Assembly (NCBI RefSeq): GCF_964204645.1 | Contig: NC_134036.1 | Coordinates: 248,001-312,000, forward strand | From: Tubulanus polymorphus | Lineage: Eukaryota; Animalia; Nemertea | Length of the DNA: 64,000 nt | Direction: 5' to 3' | Part shown: one piece after another, positions 13,689 to 22,623 of the stretch | Position numbering within the stretch: the stretch's first letter is position 1 | Layout: each line of letters opens with the position of its first letter | Notes under the pieces: model-generated | What the model saw: only the letters and a program-made list of their open reading frames with translations | The model's database searches: none | What the model was told of the DNA's origin: nothing | Program-made: the position numbers and the translations under genes

Positions 13689-16205
13689 ATGCGCCACATA
13701 GGGGGCGTTCAACACTACAACGAACGTTACGACCACACGAAACCGTGGTACAAATCAACGATCATCAGAAAACGCGTAACTAACAATCAGACCGCTGAAC
13801 TACTGCATTATATCTACGATACGCGTGAGACTGGTCTCCGCAACTACAGTCACGGCAACCAGTCCATTATAGCTAATCATTTCCTGACGAAGAAGTTGAC
13901 GTTAGGAGATATGACGACTCGTCACGTGAATTCCAGTCAACCGTTTACAACAATCATCGTCATAGCGAGTATATTTCTATTCGTTACTATAGCAGTAACG
14001 GCCGCCATGGTTATATTTTGTAAAAAGAAAAATACTGTTTTCGTTTTCAATAAATCTGAATTTGCCGACTTCGAAATGGACGAAATGGCCGGAAGTGGAG
14101 CTAGCGATAGCGAGGCTGCCAGGATGTCACCCACTAGCGCCACTAGCGGCCAAACATCGCGTAAGAAAATGACGAAAAGCGCCAGTATTTTGTCCACCGG
14201 AAGTGGAAACCGACGCTCGCAAGAATACGAACTGTTGCCTAGCGGCGCGAACTATTACACCACGGGAGCGGGTCAAGGAGCAGACGGCTTCGAAATCATA
14301 CCAGCTCATTATCATTACTATCCCGAATCAGAATGCGTCAACAACGATTACTGTTGTTACCACGACAACGGTAACTATGGTAAATATATATACGAAACGA
14401 GCGCCGCCGAAAACAGCGCCCCCTCGTGTCAGCAGCATCATCCACTCATTAGAATCGCCAGTCACGTGGGACGGGACTCGTTGCACCTACAGCGAGTATC
14501 AGCAGTTGTTGAGCGACAGAACTGTACAATCGAAAACGAGTTAGCGGACGATATCGACGACGATCGCGCCCTCTATCGGATCCCTAAGCGTTGTAGACAG
14601 AAAATGTCTAAAGGTTTCTATCGAATAACGACCCTTTCCGACGCCGAGTACAGCGATTTCGACAACGGAAGTCCTACTAATAAACTATTGCCTACGTGCA
14701 GTATGGAGTCTGTCTGTTTGTCTACCGGAAGTCCGTCTTTAGGGCGGAAATACAACAGATCGAATTCCGCCGACGAAAACCAGTCGCTTATAAACAGTCG
14801 TAACCGTGACAACAATCGTTTCGGCGGTAGCTATGGTGATATCAGTTTCTCGAAATCGACGAAAGAGTTACAACAGTCAAACAACTCGAATCGCTCCAGT
14901 TTCGACGAAGAAAGTCGACTGTTGCCCCAGCAACAACGTGAACATCCCGACCATAGTCGTACGTCGGTTAGTAACGCTACGGCCGGTGATGACCTCGGTG
15001 ACCGCTGGAAAATTGTTTACGTGAAACAATCATCGAACGGACACCCGTGTCATCATACGTGCAGGTGCGAGTACGTGCCCAAAATAATCCCTAAATGGCC
15101 CACAGGACCCGACACTCAACAGCCTCGGTGCGATTCGTATTCATGTTGTAACTATGAAGGCCATCGTTACGTAGAATTACAACCAAATAAAAATCGCCAT
15201 AGCAACGTCGATGTACGGCGTTACCAGGCAATGCCGTCGCAACTGTCGTCCGATTCTGAAAGTGAAGGTCAAGTGGACGAGAGAGTTATGAACGATTCCG
15301 ATAGGAGGCGCATCGCGGCGATGTTCTGCGTTGAGAAACCCGGGCAGAGAATCCGAAACCGAACCGTCGAGGAGATCAGCTGGTCGGAGAGCCCGAAACG
15401 TAAAAAACTTACGGCGCCCTCTAGCGGACATAAGCAGAGGATGAACTACGAAGAGTTGAGAAATTCGCGTTCGTTCGACAGCGACACCAGGAGTGTATCG
15501 ACAACCTTATCAGAACTATCGACTCAGCAGCAGCAGCAGCAGCAGTCCGCCTCGTACCAGAATCTGGACACGGTCACAATCGGCGGCACGGAACAGAGTA
15601 ACATCGATTGTTGTTACGAGAATAAAAGTGCTTCCAACGATAACAAGGGCGAAAACAATGCAAGCAATCGCGTAGCAACGACGGAAGAGAGCGATCCTCT
15701 ATTGGCAACAATAGTGACCAAACCCTCCTCCTCGTATCGACCGAAAATCAGTGAATTTAGACTTAATCTAAAATCAAATACGAATAAAGATGGCGCTGGC
15801 GTCATTTACGGCAAGTCAAATCGTTCCGAAATACCGACAACAAAGACCCCGTCGCCCGGGCAACTACTGCCCCCACAATCCTCGAAAAATGCGCCAAAAC
15901 ATGTTTCAAAAAAATCACCAACGAAACCGAATAAACCATCGCAACAATCAGGACGGTTAAACAAAACATTCAATCCATCGCAGAAAGTTTTAAAGGCGGA
16001 GTCTTCCCAGAATTCTGCGCTTCGGAGGTTCCGTCTTCCGGTCTCGGAACAGTTATCAAAATCGTGCGCGAAATTAGACGAGGTGGCGCTTCTGAGCCCC
16101 GAGCTGGAGGACAATCCGACAACCGACGCCATTTTAGAGAAACAGAGCCCTCTATTGAGCCCCGAGGGAATCCTCACATTCGACGATGACGTCATACAGG
16201 ATTGA
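13689..16205 (+). CDS. Uncharacterised single-pass membrane protein with long disordered, Tyr-motif-rich cytoplasmic tail (838 aa)
   Basis: 2.5-kb uninterrupted ORF with higher GC; hydrophobic segment IIVIASIFLFVTIAVTAAMVIFC followed by KKK; 4 N-glycosylation sequons before the TM. In-frame acceptor tttttttcatag at 13651-52 suggests an upstream exon. Confidence 0.75.
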   Translation: MRHIGGVQHYNERYDHTKPWYKSTIIRKRVTNNQTAELLHYIYDTRETGLRNYSHGNQSIIANHFLTKKLTLGDMTTRHVNSSQPFTTIIVIASIFLFVTIAVTAAMVIFCKKKNTVFVFNKSEFADFEMDEMAGSGASDSEAARMSPTSATSGQTSRKKMTKSASILSTGSGNRRSQEYELLPSGANYYTTGAGQGADGFEIIPAHYHYYPESECVNNDYCCYHDNGNYGKYIYETSAAENSAPSCQQHHPLIRIASHVGRDSLHLQRVSAVVERQNCTIENELADDIDDDRALYRIPKRCRQKMSKGFYRITTLSDAEYSDFDNGSPTNKLLPTCSMESVCLSTGSPSLGRKYNRSNSADENQSLINSRNRDNNRFGGSYGDISFSKSTKELQQSNNSNRSSFDEESRLLPQQQREHPDHSRTSVSNATAGDDLGDRWKIVYVKQSSNGHPCHHTCRCEYVPKIIPKWPTGPDTQQPRCDSYSCCNYEGHRYVELQPNKNRHSNVDVRRYQAMPSQLSSDSESEGQVDERVMNDSDRRRIAAMFCVEKPGQRIRNRTVEEISWSESPKRKKLTAPSSGHKQRMNYEELRNSRSFDSDTRSVSTTLSELSTQQQQQQQSASYQNLDTVTIGGTEQSNIDCCYENKSASNDNKGENNASNRVATTEESDPLLATIVTKPSSSYRPKISEFRLNLKSNTNKDGAGVIYGKSNRSEIPTTKTPSPGQLLPPQSSKNAPKHVSKKSPTKPNKPSQQSGRLNKTFNPSQKVLKAESSQNSALRRFRLPVSEQLSKSCAKLDEVALLSPELEDNPTTDAILEKQSPLLSPEGILTFDDDVIQD

Positions 16206-16209
16206 ATGC

Positions 16210-16300
16210 ACACCAAACATGGCGAGGGCACCAAATATGGAGAAGTTACCAAATATGGAGAGGGTACCAAATAAGGCGAGGCCACCAAATATGGAGAGGG
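16210..16300. repeat. 18-bp tandem repeat x5 just after the stop codon
   Basis: caccaaatatggagaggg-like units. Confidence 0.75.
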
Positions 16301-17904
16301 TATTTTGTAAGATGATACAGTATTTGTTATTAAAGGCTTTTCATTTCATGTCGAGAAAATCGTCATTAAAAATTATATTAAACTATGAGAAAAAATGTTG
16401 AATCGCTAGTTCGTGTTGAATTTATCGTTTCCAATGGTTTATGAGGATTACATACGCTAGATGGCGTTGAAGTGAAGATCGACTAGAAAAGAAACGCCTG
16501 TCTTCGTCGTCATGGTGAGAGCAAGAATGAAAGTGACAATGAACAGGGCCTTGTTCCATAGTCATGGCATAGACTTAAGACGAATTTAAGACCATCTAAG
16601 TTCTATAACCAATGTAACAACTTAAGACCAGTCTTAAAATTTAAGACCATAGTCTCTCAACTGAGGAACCGGCCCCTGGTCTTCATTGACAGAACAAATG
16701 ACGAATGATATATAAATCCTAATATTTAAATTCACTTTCTGTCATTCTTTACCAATCAATAAAAGAAATTCGTTTAAGTTTCTCAGACTTTTAAAGTAAT
16801 GGATGAACCCGATTGAAAGCGAAATCGAACGAAAACTTTTGGGGAAATAATTTCGGCAAAATACTTCGAAAAGGAAGTAATTACCTTCTCGCAAACGATT
16901 CCAATAGATTTCGTTAGACATGAATAAGAAATAAATGATAGCCAGACAGATATAAGGCATGACGCTAAAATAAAATGATATCTTGTTTCTCCTAATCGGC
17001 TGGGTCACTTATATAAACTGCAATGAAATTTGTAATCAGTTCATTTCTATAACTGCCGGGTCTCTTATTGTTAGCTTGATCATGAATTGAAAACAAATAG
17101 TAAAGTACAGGGTAGATAGGCGGCCGGGTCGACATTTAAACTCAGCAGAAATGAACTTTTTGAAATCAATTTCTTAAGCCCTCTGAATTCAGTGTTAATG
17201 AGTAAGACCCACTGATGACTCGATTAACCTCCATAGTTCCTTAACCTTCCTTAGTAACATCTATATCATGTTATTTTCGCTTTTCTGATGAAATCTATTC
17301 AAAACTTGGAAACTGCCAGAGAAAATTCTTAATTATCATCGACCTGTTGGCTTTGGTGAGAAATAAAGTTTTATCCCGAAATTAAAAGTGAAACTATATT
17401 TATTTCTATAATCAGAAATTATTGCAACATTTGGTATTTTCTCTATGAATACGTAGTTGTCTGCGAAATGAGCCACCGGTTCAGCGCTGTCGTCTGCCTG
17501 TGTGTGAATAAACCTCTCAGGACCGAACGACATTCTTAGAATTTATTACACTTTCTTGTTTGTTTCTTTACAACGGGTTTCGCTTGAGTGATCCTGACAA
17601 AAACAAGCACTGCCCTGCATACAACCCTGCACACCCTATACACTATACTACCTACACACTATATGGAAATATATATAATAGTATCTGATTTTAATTGCAG
17701 TAAACATATTAAAACATTTTCAAAGAATTTCAATTTCAGAGCGCACGGACGTACATTTAGGAGAAAAAATTCCGCACGGAACAAGAGCTATTTATTGAAG
17801 TCAAAACGATTTCTACAAGAATTGGATTATTTGTCCTACTTTCTGGGGATTTATATAAATCAAGAATTGCAGGCGTCATCCGATTTTAAAAAGGACGTGT
17901 GAAA

Positions 17905-20781
17905 ATGGCGTCACAAACCCAGATATATATTCTTGTTTTGTTCGGTGTTTGTTGCATTGGTAAGTAATGCATGTAATTTATATTCCGAAATATCTTATCA
18001 TTTTAGATTTAACAAACGAATTCAGATTTTAACAAATATAAGATCGAAATAAATATCTTCGTGTGTTGATATATATTTCGAACGTTTGAATTAACTTTCA
18101 TTCAAATTTGAAAAAATCAGTGTAAATTCATGCAAAGTAACATATTTTTATTGTTAGCCTTGGTCCAATTTTGTGGACAAATTTTATTTAAATCTTTAGT
18201 TAAGCCAATTATATTTTGATTCATGTTTTCAATGAGGACAATAATAATTCAAACTTTATGCTTTGGAATGGTTTTTACCTGAAATAGTATTGAAAACTAT
18301 TTTAAATCAGCTCTTAAAATCTTTTTAAAATTCAAGCTTATGACTAGCCACACTTTTTCTTTTGTCCAAGTAGCAGCTATATCGTTCTATGTATCAATAT
18401 TTCGGCAGTATTTAATAGAGCAATCTACAGCTTTCAGGCTCTGGATGAGTCCTTCATAGTTCATCTAAATATTTTGTAAGAGAAATTGTAATTATGTCCT
18501 ATGAAAATAAAATCAATCTATCCGAATGAATAGAGGCACCAAATACGGTAAAAATGATAATTATGATTAATATTATCATCAAGGACATCAGTTTTAAGCC
18601 AATATGAAAAATTGTTATTGAAATTTTGTTGTTGTTCTAGTTGGTATAGTCGGGCAAGAAGAGAACAGAGGTGACGGAAGACAATGGAAACGATGTTATC
18701 AATGTTACCACGAGAGACGTAATCAGTACGACGCCAGCTACTATTTCAATTTAGAATATGGATACATGAAAAGGTAAAAAAATTCACCTACCTTCAAATC
18801 CTAATCCATCTTCTTAATTCTAATCTTCCATTTATTCCTTTAATTAGCTAAATCCTCCTTAATTAAAATCATTGTTTGTCCCATTCCTCATAAATCCTCC
18901 TATATTTGAATATGTTCCTTGAAATTGTCATTCCTTAAAATCGCTACCTCTCTCTGTCCATGTACCTCGCTACCTCTCTCTGTCCATGTACCTCGCTACC
19001 TCTCTCTGTCCATGTACCTCGCTACCTCTCTCTGTCCATGTACCTCGCTACCTCTCTCTGTCCATGTACCTCGCTACCTCTCTCTGTCCATGTACCTCGC
19101 TACCTCTCTCTGTCCATGTACCTCGCTACCTCTCTCTGTCCATGTACCTCGCTACCTCTCTCTGTCCATGTACCTCGCTACCTCTCTCTGTCCATGTACC
19201 TCGCTACCTCTCTCTGTCCATGTACCTCGCTACCTCTCTCTGTCCATGTACCTCGCTACCTCTCTCTGTCCATGTACCTCATATACTAAAACGTGTATGA
19301 ATGTATGAATGTATGAATGTATATGTCTGACCTGTCCAGCCATCTGTAGAAAATCCGATCTGACCTTGATCCAAATTTCTTTCTACAGACCCCCAAAACC
19401 GTATTGAGACCATCATTCAATGTTAATCCTCATGATCCAGGTTACAGTTTCACAGTCCTGGCTAGATTTAATACCAGTCTTAATTCAATAACCGATCTAA
19501 CAACTTAAGTCTAGTGTATTTAGCAAGGCCAATTTTGGTTACGATATGGACGTTATATATTTTCTAACATGTGCTGCTAAACACGCATACATACATTTCC
19601 TAAATATGTATTCAAAAAATCTTCATTTCTAACTACAATTCATATTCGAAATATATAATCTATTTCTAAATCTATACTTATTATTATCACGTCACTCATC
19701 AATTAGTATCATTAGTATTATCAACTATCTCTAATTAGTATCAGTCTGTTGTCTTTTCATTGACTCTTGACTTGTTCACCTGATGCTTCTATACACTAGT
19801 AGCGAAAGCTAGTGCGTCAAATAAATAGTTAAACTATATAATACTACTCGTCTCGTTACTTATTCTGAACCCGGTTAACACGAGGCTACTCTACACATTT
19901 TTCTACCAGGGTTCTATATAGGTTGACTATTTTTGACAAGTTTTGATACTAATGTATAGAAGCCTCATCAGGTGAATCGAATATAAAAATGAATAGTTAA
20001 CATATTTAGTACTATTTGTCTCGGTGTTTATTCTAATAGGCTAATCTACAACAGGCTAATCTACGAATCTTTAAATCTATACTTGTAGGGCGGTTGACGG
20101 GGCGTCGTTTCGGGGTGGAATTCCTTATCACGGGTTTTGTACACCGAATCGTACCTACTCAATTAATGGAGTATTACAGGACTATCTGCCTTCTTCACTG
20201 GAGAAAACATGTTCCAGAGACTGGTACTGCGTGGTAGGCATTCTTTGAAACTATCAATGCATTCATTTAAAGAACTCTCAGCGTCTTACAATTTGGGACG
20301 TTCATTAGCATATATATTTGCATATGCGAATTAAGTTTGAAAATTAAATTTGGTACTTTCATTAGCATACGTATTTGCATATGCAAAGTAAGTTTGAAAA
20401 TTAAATTTGGGAATTTCATCAGCATAATGTTTTGCATAAACGAATTATGTTTGAGAATTTTGAGTCGGTTATTCAAATTTTAGACCTTCATTTGCATAAA
20501 TTTCGAATATGCAAATTTCTTATGAGAGCGTAATTTATTCATATTTCCAGAAAGATTTAGTGGAATTGAATTACAGGAACTACTTTGTGGTGCGGCAGTG
20601 TCGACAGCAGTGTCGCGAGAGATGGAAAACTCTGGCAGACGGTACGAAACTCATCCGGGAATGTTGCGAAGATGATCTATGCAATAGTGGTCGTGACGTC
20701 ACGTCTTCTCGCGTGAGCGTCACCATTTTCGGAGCCTTAGCTTGCGTGGTGACGTCATTATTGCGTAAAATACAATTCTGA
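17905..20781 (+). CDS. GPI-anchored Ly6/uPAR (three-finger, Quiver/Sleepless-like) protein, 4 exons
   Basis: Exons 17905-17959, 18641-18773, 20089-20233, 20551-20781 join in frame: signal peptide MASQTQIYILVLFGVCCI, CYQC start, 10 Cys ending CCEDDLCN, hydrophobic GPI-type tail. Confidence 0.85.
18941..19280. repeat. 26-bp minisatellite x13 in Ly6 intron 2
   Basis: Perfect unit tcgctacctctctctgtccatgtacc. Confidence 0.95.
19767..19976. mobile_element. Penelope-like element remnant with two degenerate minimal hammerhead ribozyme motifs in opposite orientation
   Basis: Plus strand: ttgac..cac-CTGATG-cttctatacactagtagc-GAA-AGCT-A-gtg-c-gtcaa then aataaa. Minus strand at 19933-19976: ttcacCTGATGAggcttctatacattagt. 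Confidence 0.4.
20300..20430. repeat. 57-bp tandem repeat (~2.5 copies) in Ly6 intron 3
   Basis: attaaatttgg..ttcattagcata..tttgcatatgc..aagtttgaaa repeated. Confidence 0.7.
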
Positions 20782-21064
20782 TGACGCAATGAACATTTTT
20801 CGATTACGTCATAGTTTTATGCACAGATCTTGAAGAAATATTTATTCATATTATTAGCTGTAATTATGTAAATTTAGTTGAGAAAAGTTTATTTTTGGAA
20901 ATTTTCTTTTACCACAAAAAATGTTTAGGTTTGGACCAAAGCTTTTAAAACATGTGTACAATTCATATACACGCCACTGTTTATACATTAAACACACGTA
21001 TATAACACGCGTAACACTGTGAAAATGATACAGTAATTTCGATGTCGACAGATTTTGGAGTTCA

Positions 21065-21182
21065 CTATGAGAAAACTGGACTCGTGCGAACAGACACTAT
21101 CAGCGCAAACAGTACTGCAATAAGCGACCCCTTGTGGGTGAAAGAAGAGTTACAGTAACTGCCACTCAAAGAACACTTAATC
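21065..21182 (-). pseudogene. Fragment of the Ly6 terminal exon
   Basis: Matches the 3' half of exon 62482-62700; CC changed to CS; no upstream exons. Confidence 0.75.
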
Positions 21183-22193
21183 GGATCATTAACTTATGTA
21201 TTGAGATTCAAGGTCACACGACTGTTTTTTCTGTTAAATGATCTCAAGTATATTACATGTACATGTATTATCAACTATATATTTTATATGTACAATTATC
21301 AAAATTAGTGTTATCCCCACGAGGTAACTAGCTTCGCTTCATTTTTCAAAATTGACCGATATTTTACATCTTCCAATAAAGCTTGAAACTTGATGAAATA
21401 AAATGTCGACAAAACAAAATAGTTTTTGTATCAAAAATGATTTTATTTTATTTCATTTCGAGCGGAAATCAATGGATTCGATTTAGCAGAATTGTTTTGG
21501 ACAAAATGTTGCCTTCGTTTTGCAGAATTTGACCTTTTCACACTTTTTTCGACAACGTTTTGCCCTTTTTGACAGTGTAAATAATTGGAACGCCTATAAT
21601 GTTCAGGGCTGGTTTCATAGTCATGGCTTAGACCTAAGGCCACGCAATTGTCGCTGTAGTTCGAGCCCCAGTTCCAAGATGGCCGACACTGTGAAATACG
21701 TTACTATAGTGCGTTCGGTTATTAGTTCTGACCACTATAGTCGACTAGATACGAAAACCGAAGTTGGCCCTGTAGTGACGTCACACCTGACGCTGATCTC
21801 TCGGGAAGAGTTTGTAACGTCGTGTATTTTAATATATATTTTTTGATTCAATAGATTATCGGTTTTTAATATTTCTAATCTATAAACAGTGGATTCGTAT
21901 TCTATCGTTCTCCATCCACGTTTGATTGTAGCTATTCTACCCACGTGACAGACTGAGGTTGTTTTCAGAACTTTCAAAATTCATTTTCTCAATAATGATT
22001 TTGTTTTTCTTTCGGTGCACCAGGGGGCGGGGGGAGAGGAGCGTTTATCTACAGTATCGAATCTTTACAAATACAAGTCGTATTTCAACGAGCTTCTCAA
22101 ACCCTGAGACTATGAAATGATCGGTGCCACTCTGTAATAAAACAACTAAGGAACCGGTTCGTGTAGAGTCTATATCTAACCGTGAGTTATCTT

Positions 22194-22204
22194 GGGGATT
22201 CCCC
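22194..22204. promoter_or_regulatory. Perfect NF-kB/Rel site GGGGATTCCCC upstream of RPTP copy A
   Basis: Exact match to the classical palindromic kB element, ~420 bp upstream of the ATG; conserved upstream of copy C. Confidence 0.45.
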
Positions 22205-22623
22205 GAACGGTATTTATTGAACATTCCTAAATCATGAATTTACCTGGTTGTCAATACTGAACGTATACGATACCGATACCGATATTGAGTTGGAAATCAT
22301 CGATAAAAAATCAAGTGTGTTTAAAACTTTCCATGATGAGTTCATTACGAATTCTAGATATTTTAAGATTTAAATAAATATGTGCTCACATTGTTAGGAT
22401 GGTCTTACAAATGTTTATGTCATTTTGCACTCGATAGTCGTGGTGCATTTGATTTAACTTTATTCCAACATTAAAAAACGACTTTATCATAATTCCTTTA
22501 GAGCCGATATTCAAACTGCCAAAAATAAACTTTCACTAGGTCATGAATTGATATTGCAGGACGATTTAATAGATAAAACATATATGAAAACGTGTTTTGT
22601 ATATAGGGTTGAATTGTGGTAAA

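Noticed and set aside
13937-16288. Antisense and alternate-frame ORFs over the 838-aa ORF
   Set aside because: Shadow ORFs of a GC-richer coding region; no independent features.
18919-19308. Three-frame repetitive ORFs / CRISPR-like periodicity
   Set aside because: Perfect 26-bp tandem units with no spacers, in a eukaryotic intron.
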